Origin: Spirochaetia bacterium
GTDB taxonomy: Bacteria > Spirochaetota > Spirochaetia > SZUA-6 > Bin103
Length of the DNA: 64,000 nucleotides
Direction: 5' to 3'
NCBI GenBank assembly: GCA_965199955.1
Contig: CBDATQ010000002.1
Location: forward strand, 992,001 to 1,056,000
Below, piece by piece: positions 43,125 through 54,971 of this stretch (position 1 is its first letter; the number at the start of each line of letters is the position of its first letter). The position numbers and the translations under genes are program-made. The notes beneath the pieces are model-generated. The model was not told the origin of the DNA, made no database searches, and saw nothing but the letters and a program-made list of their open reading frames with translations.

Positions 43125-43323
43125 ATGATCCGCGTTCACGTAAATCCCGAGCTTCTGCACTGGGCGCGTGAGCGCGCCGGCATTGCGGGAAGCTCTTGCA
43201 GTGAAGTTCAAGAAGCTGCCCGAATGGGAGAGCGGCGAGACTCAACCTACCCTGAAGCAGTTGGAGGCGTTCGCTCGCGCCGTCCATGTGTCCGCTGGAA
43301 GCTTGAAGCATCTAAAACGTTGA
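43125..43323 (+). pseudogene. XRE-HTH N-terminal relic (ImmA/IrrE-type regulator)
   Basis: VNPELLHWARERAG [frameshift] WESGETQPTLKQLEAFA; no peptidase domain. Confidence 0.7.
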
Positions 43324-43330
43324 GAGGAAC

Positions 43331-44725
43331 ATGTTCCAGGAGTATCCACAGAAAGACGTCAACGAACCGATCCTGTTGCATCAGGGTCGATTTGGGCTCC
43401 GATGGGTCGACGACCAACTCTCCGAGGGACCGGGTTCGGCCCGCTTGATCTGGCTACCTTCGCCAGGCATCGAAATCGACATCGACATCGGAACTGATGC
43501 GCTGAGGACTGATCTCAATTCCGTAACCTTGGAGTTGCCGGGTTTCGAAACAAACAACGTGGTAGTTAAATCGTTATCCGTCGGGCCGCATGGCCGACGA
43601 GTCCGCGTATTCGTCAGTAAGCTGGAATCGGGCTGCGAACGAGATCCCCTCGTGACCGTTGGATTCCAACTCGTCAATTTCACCGACGTCATCACGCCAG
43701 AGCTGTTCGCCGCGCCCGACGATCCGATGACGCTCACTTACGCACGGAAAGAAGCCCAACAACTTCTAAAACGAGGAGGCGTGGTTACCCGCTCGACGGC
43801 CAGCCTCGAACACGATGGTTGGCAGGTCGACCTCGTTGCGGTGTCCGGTGCCGCTGACGTGTACAAGGGCCTGGAGAGTTCCGGCGGATACGGGTTCACG
43901 CATGTCGGTCGGTTGACGAGGGTCGACGGGTCCGCATTCACCGCGGAGCGCGCGAGTACGATTCTTAAGTCGTTGACCGCCTTTTTGACGTTCGCGCGCG
44001 GGGCTGCGTGCAGTATTCCCATTCGTTGGGGGTACGGGACTACGGGAGAGGTCGATTGGCGACAATTCTGCTGGCCAGTGGTTGACAGATGGACCTCCAG
44101 TCAATCCTCCTGGTTCGATAAAAAAAGTGGTTCCCTCCTGACGGAAATGTTCGACGCGTTCTGTCAGAAGCACAACGACAAGGCCCTCCGGGAGTCGTTG
44201 GTCGTTGCGCTCCACTGGTACCGCCACTGCAACACGCAGTCGAGCGGCATGGAAGGCTCACTCGTTCTGGGGATGGCGGCACTCGAACTACTGAGCGCTC
44301 TCGTCGTCGCTGGGCAAAATCAGATGTCAGTTGCGAAACACGACCGTCTTAGCGCTGCGAAGAAGCTCCGCGTCCTGCTGCAAGCACTCAAGGTTACAGC
44401 GGACATTCCGTCCCGGTTCAAGGCGCTGACCACCTTTGCCGCGAACACGGAAAAGTCCGACTCGTGTGAGGCGATAGTAGCATTGCGGAACGGATTCGTC
44501 CACTCCAACGAAACACGAAGAAAGGTCGTGTTCGGGGCGGACGGCAGTGCGGCGACGTCCGATGCATGGTGGTTGTCGCTCTGGTATCAGGAACTTGCGC
44601 TGCTCTACCTATTGAACCACCGGGGAAGCTACGCAAACCGAACGACCGCGGGTTGGGAGGGACAAGTCGAACCGGTCCCATGGAGTGGCTGTTCTTCCGC
44701 TGCCGGTGATGAGGGCGCGCGGTGA
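43331..44725 (+). CDS. Hypothetical protein with C-terminal HEPN-like motif (ApeA/YopA-like)
   Basis: 464-aa lower-GC ORF; helical C-terminus with LRNGFVH (R-X4-H). Confidence 0.6.
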   Translation: MFQEYPQKDVNEPILLHQGRFGLRWVDDQLSEGPGSARLIWLPSPGIEIDIDIGTDALRTDLNSVTLELPGFETNNVVVKSLSVGPHGRRVRVFVSKLESGCERDPLVTVGFQLVNFTDVITPELFAAPDDPMTLTYARKEAQQLLKRGGVVTRSTASLEHDGWQVDLVAVSGAADVYKGLESSGGYGFTHVGRLTRVDGSAFTAERASTILKSLTAFLTFARGAACSIPIRWGYGTTGEVDWRQFCWPVVDRWTSSQSSWFDKKSGSLLTEMFDAFCQKHNDKALRESLVVALHWYRHCNTQSSGMEGSLVLGMAALELLSALVVAGQNQMSVAKHDRLSAAKKLRVLLQALKVTADIPSRFKALTTFAANTEKSDSCEAIVALRNGFVHSNETRRKVVFGADGSAATSDAWWLSLWYQELALLYLLNHRGSYANRTTAGWEGQVEPVPWSGCSSAAGDEGAR

Positions 44726-45276
44726 GGGAGCCGCCGCTTTGGATCTGCTCACGGCGACGGTCCACCGCTCGGCCTGGGGACACGGAGGGCGGGGCATGAG
44801 AGATGACGGGCGAGCAGGCGCCCGCGTTTCATCACAGTTGGAATTCACCGTAGAAGCGGCGGGCCGGTTCGGCGCGGGTGTACACCATCGGCTCGCCCCA
44901 TGCCGAGCACGACCGCGCCGTGGCCGCCGCCTGCCGCGACCTGTGGTGTCGGCGTTGGCCGAGACGGGACGCGCGGGTTTGACGCGCTGGCGCCGGATAG
45001 GCACCGATGAGCCGATGATGAGGCGCGTAGTCCTGACGGTCATGGTGACCATAGCCGTCGTCGCTGGGCGCAGACAGGGTGGAAGCTCTTTGAGCTTGGC
45101 GTAGACGAAATGACCGACACCGACACGCTACCAGCGCAGCGCCAACGTACACGCGTTCGTTTCGATGATGGTAAGGTGGGCGTTCAGGATTGGATCATCG
45201 ACGATTGGATTGCTGGTAAGAGGACACAGATAGGTCTTCTCGGTGCCAGCAGGGACCAAGCTCTGGTAGAAGCGGT

Positions 45277-45384
45277 ACAGTGTGTTTCCACGGGGTGGTT
45301 CCTTGTGGCTTTGTATTTATTGCTGTCATATACAGATAACCACAAGTGCCACCCCGTGTCTATCCCCTTCGTGAGTTTTCCGGG
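45277..45384 (-). mobile_element. Possible IS1380-like left-end relic
   Basis: Terminus CCCGGAAAACTCACGAA, AT-rich interior, long hairpin ending at GTG GAA ACA CAC TGT ACC (METHCT); family call from memory. Confidence 0.4.
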
Positions 45385-45412
45385 CTATGCGCCGTCTGGT
45401 CTGTGCGGCTGC

Positions 45413-45586
45413 CTACGGTGCGGGTGCGGTACGGGGGCGAGGAGGAGCCGTCCTATCCCGCAACTGCCCCCCGCCGCCTGTGAGGGTAGGCCCGTCGATG
45501 CCCAGGTGGGCGCGGGCATGCTCATGGAAGGCGATGGCCAGGGTCGTGGTGCCCGCGTACTCGCACCCGCTCAGAATCAGCTTCAG
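45413..45586 (-). pseudogene. N-terminal relic of a P-loop kinase paralogous to 5586-6308
   Basis: AAGGAG RBS then CTG-KLILSGCEYAGTTTL, versus MRAIFTGIEYAGKTTL. Confidence 0.6.
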
Positions 45587-45657
45587 GCCTTCTCCTTTAC
45601 CGCGGAGCCCCATGCAGCATACCCGTTGATCACCGCTGGCGCACGCGGAGCACGCCG

Positions 45658-46674
45658 CTACGGCTCGGTGGGGACGGCCGTGACCCACATCGGGGTGGCG
45701 CCGAGCGGGGCCCGCGCGACGCGGGTCAGCCGGCCATCGGAGTCGCCGATCCGATGTACGGAGAGCCCGCCGGAGGCGGTGCCAGTGGACAGCACGAACC
45801 GCTCGCCGGCGTCCAGACCGAACGCCCGTGGCCCCGCCTCGGTCGGCGCGTGGCCGCTCACGCGCAGAGCGCCGTCGTCATCGACGACGAAGCTGACCAT
45901 GCTGTCGTGGCCGCCGAGCGGCGCGAACAGCAGGCGGCCGTCGGACGTGATGCGGATCTGCGTGCAGCCGGTGGTTCCGGTGTAGCCGGAAGGAATCATC
46001 GACACGGTGTCCTCTTCAGTGAGCGCACCGGTGCGCGGGTCGTAGCGGTAGCGGGTCACGCTCGACCCCTGCTCGTTGCAGGCGTACAGCAGCGGCAGGC
46101 GCGGGTGGAAGCAGCAGTGTCGGGGGCCGGCCTCGTTGCGGGCGTGCACGAACGGCGGGTCGAGCGGGGAGAGCCGGCCGCTGGCCGCGTCGAACCGGTA
46201 CTGCCAGATGGCGTTGGGACCCACGCCCGCGGCGATGTGCAGGGCGTACGCGAAGCGGTTGCCCGGATCGGTCTGGAACGAGTGCGCCGACAGCGCCGTG
46301 TCCCGCCACTCGACCGTCGCGGGTTCGAGCGACCCGTCGTCGCGGACGGCATGCACGTGCACGCCTTCGCCGCGGTAATAGGAGGAGAGCAGGAACGCCC
46401 CGCTGCGGTCGGTGCGCATGAAGTTGGGGTCGGAGCGGACGCTGATCGTACCGAGCAGCCGCAACTCGCCGCCGGGCTGGATCGCGTAGCTGGAGATCTG
46501 CCGGGAGCGTCGCTGCCCGACGTAGAGAAACCGGCGCCGCGGATCGACGGCCAGCGGCGCGGGCCCGCCGCTCGCGGCCACCGGCGCCAGCGGCTCCAGC
46601 GCACCGGATTCGTCCAGGGCGAGCCGGGCGATGCGGTCGTCGTCCCGCAGGGAGACGAGCAGGACCTGCGTCAT
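45658..46674 (-). CDS. Lactonase family (6-phosphogluconolactonase-like beta-propeller)
   Basis: AGPRH..FHP, GHDS, GPRAFGLD repeats. Confidence 0.85.
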   Translation of the reverse strand: MTQVLLVSLRDDDRIARLALDESGALEPLAPVAASGGPAPLAVDPRRRFLYVGQRRSRQISSYAIQPGGELRLLGTISVRSDPNFMRTDRSGAFLLSSYYRGEGVHVHAVRDDGSLEPATVEWRDTALSAHSFQTDPGNRFAYALHIAAGVGPNAIWQYRFDAASGRLSPLDPPFVHARNEAGPRHCCFHPRLPLLYACNEQGSSVTRYRYDPRTGALTEEDTVSMIPSGYTGTTGCTQIRITSDGRLLFAPLGGHDSMVSFVVDDDGALRVSGHAPTEAGPRAFGLDAGERFVLSTGTASGGLSVHRIGDSDGRLTRVARAPLGATPMWVTAVPTEP

Positions 46675-48173
46675 GCTCCGTCGACGGTGGCGTGGATGAC
46701 GACGTCGTGGCGGAAGGGCTCCAGGGCGATGCGGGTGGCCGGTCCTCCCTGCAGGCGTTCCAGCGGGACGGATCGCCCGGTGGTCGGGTCGAACCTGCTC
46801 ACGGCGAGCGTCGCCTCCGGCAGATCCAGCACCAGCGCTCCGCCGATGGCCGTCCCGGCCTCGCCTGAACCTTCGGCGGGGGCCTGATCCTCCAGGTCGC
46901 GCACGCCCCGGTACTCGCGCGCGTCGGCGACATACACCGTGTAGTCCGCTCCGCGTACGCCGAAGACCACCGCGACCGTGTGCGGCGGCGCGGAGCGCAG
47001 CGCCTCCGGCAGTGGCCGGCTGCGCACCAGGTCCAGGCCGTGCACGTAGGCCGACAAGTGCCGGAACCAGGATCGCAGGTGCTGCTGCGCGTCCGGCGTG
47101 CCCTCCTCCAGGAACGGCTGGATGGAGAAGTCGATCACGTCGTAGTGGGCGCCGCAGAGCACGGACACCCAGGCGCGCTTGCGGTGCACGGTCCAGCCGT
47201 CCGGGTCACGGTACTGGCTGGCGACGTTGTCCTCGTCGTGATTGAGCGGCTTGGACTCGGTGTGCGCGGCCAGGGTCATGTCCCGGAACGCCGCGAGCCG
47301 CAGCTGCTTGCTCATGAAGTCGCCCAGGTGATGGTCGGCGCCGCGCAGCCGCGTGCCCGGCAGCGGATGGACGTTGACCACGTCGTAGTCCATCGCGTCG
47401 TAGCTGCGGTCGATGGTCTGCACGAACGGCCTGTCCACGAACGCCTCCTGCCCGGCGATCGGGTGCCGCCCGGCGCCCTCGTGGTCGGCGTCGCGCACCT
47501 CCGCGATCAGCGCGTCGAGCCAGGCGTTGACCTCGTCCACCAGCGGCCCCTCGGTGGGCACCGCGCGGCCGCCCGGCTCGTTGCAGATCTCGTAGATGAC
47601 GTTGTCGTAGCCGCGAGTCTCGGAGACGATGCGGCGCACGTGCGCGCGCTGCCGCTCGAACAGCGCCGGGTGTCGGATGCTCAGGTACTCGGGGGAGGGG
47701 CAGGGCGGCAGCCCGTTGACGTTGTTCAGAGCGTGCAGGGGGTTCAGCCGCCACACCGGGTCGCCGTACGTGTTGCTGAGCAGCACCACCTCGACCACCA
47801 CGCCCAGCTCGTCCGCCAGGCCGATGAAGCCGTGCAGGCGCTCGTAGAACTCGGGATCGTCGCGGTCCAGGTCGAAGCGCGGCTCACTGTCGAGCGCGAA
47901 GCCGGGACCGGTGCGCGCGAACGGGGCCACGTAGTCGGGGCTTGCGGGCTTGCAGGTCGATGCCGGGTTGATCGGCGTCTGCAGCTCTCGGAACAGCGTG
48001 AACAGCCGCGTCAGCGTCATGCCGTTGGCGGCGGCGTCGCGCAGGTAGCGCTCGAACCGGAACGGCCGGTTGAGCACCGCGCCGTAGTGCTCGGTCGCGG
48101 TCAGCAGGACCAGCGGGCGGCCGCGGAATTCGAACAGCTTGGGGTTGTCGGGATGGATGCGAACGGGTGCCAT
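46671..48173 (-). CDS. Glycoside hydrolase (clan GH-A/GH5-like)
   Basis: NVIYEICNEP acid/base motif, KPLNHDE nucleophile region. Confidence 0.65.
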   Translation of the reverse strand: MAPVRIHPDNPKLFEFRGRPLVLLTATEHYGAVLNRPFRFERYLRDAAANGMTLTRLFTLFRELQTPINPASTCKPASPDYVAPFARTGPGFALDSEPRFDLDRDDPEFYERLHGFIGLADELGVVVEVVLLSNTYGDPVWRLNPLHALNNVNGLPPCPSPEYLSIRHPALFERQRAHVRRIVSETRGYDNVIYEICNEPGGRAVPTEGPLVDEVNAWLDALIAEVRDADHEGAGRHPIAGQEAFVDRPFVQTIDRSYDAMDYDVVNVHPLPGTRLRGADHHLGDFMSKQLRLAAFRDMTLAAHTESKPLNHDEDNVASQYRDPDGWTVHRKRAWVSVLCGAHYDVIDFSIQPFLEEGTPDAQQHLRSWFRHLSAYVHGLDLVRSRPLPEALRSAPPHTVAVVFGVRGADYTVYVADAREYRGVRDLEDQAPAEGSGEAGTAIGGALVLDLPEATLAVSRFDPTTGRSVPLERLQGGPATRIALEPFRHDVVIHATVDGA

Positions 48174-48235
48174 GGCAGCCAGTGTAGCGCTGGCTTCCGT
48201 GCACGGCGCGGGCGCCTGGGGTTCATACTTGTCCC

Positions 48236-49078
48236 GTGGATCGTCCGACGGTGGTCAGCATGCAGAACGCCGGCGTCAAGCGCGTGGTGAGGTTGCGCCG
48301 CAGGAGGGCGCGCGATCGCGAGCGGGCGTTCCTGATCGAGGGCTACCGGGAGTTGCTGCGCGCCGTGGAGGCGCGGCTGCCACTGGAAACGGTCTACCAC
48401 TGTCCCGCGTTCTACCTGGGCGTCAACGAGCCGGCGCTGCTGGACCGCGCCCGCGGGGACTGCGGCGCCGAGCTGGTCCCGGCCGACGATGAGGTGTTCG
48501 CCAAGCTCTCGTACCGCGACCGGCCCGACGGGTTGCTGGCGGTGGCGCCGATGCCGGACTGGACGATCGACGGACTGCCGGAACCGCCGGCCGACCCGCT
48601 CTACGTGGTCGCCACCGCGATCGAGAAGCCGGGCAACCTGGGCACCCTGCTGCGCACCGCCGACGCGGTGGGTGCCGCCGCGCTGATCGTCTGCGACCCG
48701 GTGACCGACGTGTTCAATCCCAACGTCGTGCGCGCCAGCGTCGGCGCGCTGTTCACGGTACCCGCGGCGCAGGCCGGGGCCGAGGCCACGCGGCGCTGGC
48801 TGGCCGCGCGCGGGGTGCGCACGGTCGTCACCACGCCGGCCGCCGAGCGCTGCTACACCGACCATGACCTCACCGGCGCCGTGGCGGTGGTGCTGGGCAA
48901 CGAGCAGTTCGGCCTGGATCATGCGTGGCTGGCCGGTGCCAACGCCGCCGTCTCGATCCCGATGCTGGGCCGCGCCGACTCGGTCAACGTCGCCATGGCG
49001 GGAGCGGCGCTGCTGTTCGAGGCGCTGCGCCAGCGCCGTCAGGCGGCGGTCACATCACAGGTATCAGCGGACCGATGA
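48236..49078 (+). CDS. TrmH/SpoU family RNA methyltransferase
   Basis: EKPGNLGTLLRTADA, LGNEQFGL, IPMLGRADSVNVA. Confidence 0.9.
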   Translation: MDRPTVVSMQNAGVKRVVRLRRRRARDRERAFLIEGYRELLRAVEARLPLETVYHCPAFYLGVNEPALLDRARGDCGAELVPADDEVFAKLSYRDRPDGLLAVAPMPDWTIDGLPEPPADPLYVVATAIEKPGNLGTLLRTADAVGAAALIVCDPVTDVFNPNVVRASVGALFTVPAAQAGAEATRRWLAARGVRTVVTTPAAERCYTDHDLTGAVAVVLGNEQFGLDHAWLAGANAAVSIPMLGRADSVNVAMAGAALLFEALRQRRQAAVTSQVSADR

Positions 49079-49095
49079 GCTAAGCTACCCGCGCC

Positions 49096-50544
49096 ATGGC
49101 GAGCGACCGACCCAACATCGTACTGATCCTGACCGACCAGCATCGCGGCGATGCGCTGGGCATCGAGGGCCACCCGGTGCTGCAGACCCCCAACCTGGAC
49201 TGGATTGCCGCCACGGGAGCGCGCTTCAGCCGCGCCTATGCCGAGTGCCCGAGCTGCGTGCCGGCGCGCCGCACGATGATGAGCGGCACGGCGCCGGCGG
49301 CGAACGGCGCGGTGGGCATGGGGCCGGACCCCGACTGGGCGCCGCCCCACCTGCTGGCTGGCGAGCTGACCGCCGCCGGCTACCAGACCGAGATGATCGG
49401 CAAGAGCCACGTGCGCGGCCGCGGTTCGAGCCGCTGGCGCTACGGGTTCGAGCACGTGCAGATCGCCGACAGCAGCAACACCGGCGACTACGCCGAGTGG
49501 CTGGCCGACCGCGGCGTGCGCGATCAGCACGCCGGCTACGCGCACGGGGTGGCCTCCAACGCCTGGGTCGGCCGGCCTCACCACCTGCCGGAGGAGCTGC
49601 TGCACACCTTCTGGGTGGTCGACCGCGCCATCCACTTCCTGGAGCACCGCGACGACGCGCAGCCGTTCTTCCTCAACCTGTCGTTCATCGACCCGCACCC
49701 GCCGTTCACGCCGCCGCGCCACTACTACGACCGCTACATCGACCGCGACCTGCCGGTCCCGCCGGTGGGCGATTGGGCGCTGGACATGCCGGGCGAGCCG
49801 GTGCCGCGCAAGGGCGTCAATCCCAACGCCTGGTACATCGACCTGGACGAGCACGACCGGCGCTGCAGCCAGGCGGCCTACTACGGGATGATCAACTTCA
49901 TCGACGACCAGATCGGCCGGCTGCTGCAGGTGATGAAGACGGAGCTGGCCGACACGGTGTTCCTGTTCACCGCCGACCACGGCGAGATGCTCGGCGACCA
50001 CCATATGTTCCGCAAGTGCTGGCCGTACGAGGGCTCGGCGCGCGTGCCGTTCCTGGTCAGCGGCCCACAGCGCGATCCGCTCTGCTCCGGCGTCGTGTCC
50101 GAGGCGGCGGTCGGGCTGCAGGATCTGATGCCGACCATCCTGGACATCGCCGGCACGCCGGTCCCGGACTCGGTGACCGGCAGGAGCCTGCTGCCGGTCA
50201 TGCGCGGTGAGGCGCAGACCGTGCGCGAGTATCTGCACGGCGAGCACGCCGGCCAGTACGCCTACGACCTAGGACAGCACTACCTGACCGACGGCCACCG
50301 CAAGTACATCTGGTACTCGCAGACGGGCCGGGAGCAGCTCTTCGACCTGGACGAGGACCCGGCGGAGCTGCACAACCTGGCGCCCGCCGGCGGCGCGGAG
50401 CTGGGTCGGTGGCGGGCACGCCTGGTGGAGGTGCTGCGCGACCGGCCGGAGGGTTTCGTCCGCGGCGGCGAGCTCGTCACCGGCCGCCCGCACGACCTGT
50501 TCATCCCCGGCTACGACCCCACGAAGCTGTATCCGTACCTCTGA
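49096..50544 (+). CDS. Arylsulfatase family
   Basis: PNIVLILTDQH, CPSCVPAR, GKSH, ADHGEMLGDH. Confidence 0.9.
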   Translation: MASDRPNIVLILTDQHRGDALGIEGHPVLQTPNLDWIAATGARFSRAYAECPSCVPARRTMMSGTAPAANGAVGMGPDPDWAPPHLLAGELTAAGYQTEMIGKSHVRGRGSSRWRYGFEHVQIADSSNTGDYAEWLADRGVRDQHAGYAHGVASNAWVGRPHHLPEELLHTFWVVDRAIHFLEHRDDAQPFFLNLSFIDPHPPFTPPRHYYDRYIDRDLPVPPVGDWALDMPGEPVPRKGVNPNAWYIDLDEHDRRCSQAAYYGMINFIDDQIGRLLQVMKTELADTVFLFTADHGEMLGDHHMFRKCWPYEGSARVPFLVSGPQRDPLCSGVVSEAAVGLQDLMPTILDIAGTPVPDSVTGRSLLPVMRGEAQTVREYLHGEHAGQYAYDLGQHYLTDGHRKYIWYSQTGREQLFDLDEDPAELHNLAPAGGAELGRWRARLVEVLRDRPEGFVRGGELVTGRPHDLFIPGYDPTKLYPYL

Positions 50545-50551
50545 GCGGTTG

Positions 50552-51544
50552 ATGGCGAAGGACGAGAAACCGACGGGCGACAGCCGCGCGCGCCTCGGCA
50601 CGGTGCTCGAACGCCTCGCGGACGGCCGCTTCGTGATCACCGTCGAGCAGACGCAGGCCAGCCAGGCACGATCCTACCGGCGCATGCTGGACAAGGGGCT
50701 GGTCGACGCGGTGACGCTGCCGGACCTGCCGCTGGTCGGCCGTTTCCGCGACCTTCTGGCGCGGCGCAAGCCGGCCGCCCGCGGTCCGCGCGAGCCGCTG
50801 GAGCGGCGCATCGCCGGGGCGTTGGCGAAGAGCGCCGAGCCGGTGTTCACGGTGTCGGCCAGCCTGCGGACCGCCGGCATGGTGGCGCGGCGGGTCGCTG
50901 CCGCACGCGCCGGCGGGTCGGTAGCGCTGCTGGTGCTGTCCGGAGGCGGCCTGGTGCGCCGCCTGTTCGGGATCGTCAAGCTGGGCTGGCTGCTGCCGCA
51001 GAACTCGTTCCGCATCCTGCGCGCGATCCGGCGTGCGCATCCCGATCAGCCGCTGTGGGCGGTCGAGAACCCGATCCTGCCCGGGCCGGCGGCGCGCGCG
51101 CGCCGCATGCAGCGCAAGATCGACGCCGGCGCGGAGGTGATCCTGACGCAGCCGCCGTTCCTGTGGGGCCGATTCACGCGCTGGCTGGCCGAGGTCGAAC
51201 GGCTCGGCGTGACGGCGCCGATCGTCTGCGGCGTGCCGGTCATCACCTCGCCACTGTCGCTGCGCACGTGGCTGTTCCTGGTCGGCTTCACCCGATCACA
51301 CCCGGAGACCGACGCCCTGCTCGACCGTCTGCGGAAGGCGGATGCGCGGGGCGGAGCGGCCGAGGAGGGGATGCGCTACACCGTCGAGCTGCTCCGGCGG
51401 CTGCGCGCCACTCCCGGCGTGGCCGGCGTGCACATGATGCCGATCTTCGCCTGGCGACGGCTGGAGCGGGTCCTCACGGCAGCCGGTCTTGGACCGGAGG
51501 ACCGCTTGGTGGCGGACGGGTGCAGGGTGGCCGGCACGGAGTGA
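50552..51544 (+). CDS. Divergent methylenetetrahydrofolate reductase-like (MetF fold) protein
   Basis: FVITVE N-terminus, RKIDAGAEVILTQPPF, GVHMMP. Confidence 0.55.
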   Translation: MAKDEKPTGDSRARLGTVLERLADGRFVITVEQTQASQARSYRRMLDKGLVDAVTLPDLPLVGRFRDLLARRKPAARGPREPLERRIAGALAKSAEPVFTVSASLRTAGMVARRVAAARAGGSVALLVLSGGGLVRRLFGIVKLGWLLPQNSFRILRAIRRAHPDQPLWAVENPILPGPAARARRMQRKIDAGAEVILTQPPFLWGRFTRWLAEVERLGVTAPIVCGVPVITSPLSLRTWLFLVGFTRSHPETDALLDRLRKADARGGAAEEGMRYTVELLRRLRATPGVAGVHMMPIFAWRRLERVLTAAGLGPEDRLVADGCRVAGTE

Positions 51545-51557
51545 CGGCTCCGCGGGA

Positions 51558-52594
51558 TCAGCGGGCGCCCAAGCGCTCCAGCTCGTCGTCGATGGTGGCG
51601 GCGATCGTCTCGAAGGGGGCCGCGCCGGCCAGCGGCCGGCCGTTTACGAACAGCGCGGGCGTCCCCGAGACGCCCGCCGCGGCGGCCGCGCGGATGTCGT
51701 CTCGCACCGCCTCGTGGTGGCGTCCGGAGTCGAGGCACGCGTCGAACGCCGCGCGGTCCACACCGATCCGCCCGGCCTTGTCTTTGAGATCGGGCACCGA
51801 CAGCGTGGTCTGCTCGGCGAACATCAGGTCGTGCATCTCCCAGAACAGCCCCTGCTCGCCGGCGCAGAGCGAGGCCTCGGCGGCTTTCTGCGCGTTGGCG
51901 TGGATGTCGGCCAGCGGGTAGTGGCGGTAGACCAGCCGCAGCCTGTCCCCGTACTCGCGCTTGGCGCGCTGCAGGGCCGGCTGGACCCTGGCGCAGAACG
52001 GGCATTCGAAGTCCGAGAACTCGACGATGGTCACCGGCGCATCCTGCGGTCCGAGGGTCGGGAAGCCGTCTGCGGCGATGTCCACGCGGAAGGGTTCGAG
52101 CCGGTAGTCGACGGCGAACCGCTGTTCCAGCACGCCCAGAAACTCCACCTCGGCCTGTTGCTCCGCCTGCTGCCTGAGGAAGTCGCGGATCTGACCCGCC
52201 ACGGCCTCCAGCGCGTACGGGATGCGGCTCTGGTTCTCCTTGTAGAACGCCTCGACCGCGGCGTCCTCGATCGACGGCACCGACTCGTATACCGACCCCA
52301 GTATCGCCTGCACGGTCATTCCGGTGCGGGCGGCCTCCAGGTCGAGCAGGCGCTCATGCACGAGCTGCCGGAGAAACGTCTGCAGCACCTCGGCGTGGCT
52401 CCGGTCCGCTTCAACCTGGCAGCGCAGGCGCTCGAGCTCGGTCTCCTCCAGGGAGAACGACGCCACCGTCAGGAGATCGGCGCGCTGCACGGGCTCCCCG
52501 CCGATGGTCGCCACCACGTCATCCGCCCACGCCATCCCGGCACCCGCGAGCAGGAAGACAACCGACAGGCAGCGGAGGGGGGCTGACGGCCGGG

Positions 52595-52598
<4 letters not shown>
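51558..52598 (-). CDS. DsbA-family thioredoxin-fold oxidoreductase
   Basis: Signal peptide; [21 protein letters not shown] overlaps copA stop. Confidence 0.9.
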
Positions 52599-54892
<2,294 letters not shown>

Positions 54893-54901
54893 GGGGTCTC
54901 T

Positions 54902-54932
54902 AGCGTCAACCTTCCAGGAACCGGAAGGTCAA
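54902..54932 (-). promoter_or_regulatory. CueR-type promoter/operator for copA
   Basis: TTGACC-TTCCGGTTCCTGGAAGGTT-GACGCT: 19-bp spacer with ACCTTCC-N7-GGAAGGT dyad. Confidence 0.9.
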
Positions 54933-54971
54933 GAGGAACTCGAGACGGAATGAAGGTTGGCTGAGCCAGGC

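Larger units (their letters stand above)
37811..43128 (+). pseudogene. hsdS: MNT nucleotidyltransferase-HsdS fusion, split by two IS elements and about three frameshifts
   Basis: FGSR..SDLDLA (MNT) runs in frame into SGGTP (TRD1); IS removal restores [19 protein letters not shown] and GWQIYTL/SDLV; ends RDLLLPKLTSGE. Confidence 0.9.

Noticed and set aside
45110..45985. 291-aa plus-strand ORF
   Set aside because: Crosses an IS-like relic, a kinase relic and the lactonase antisense strand; no motifs.
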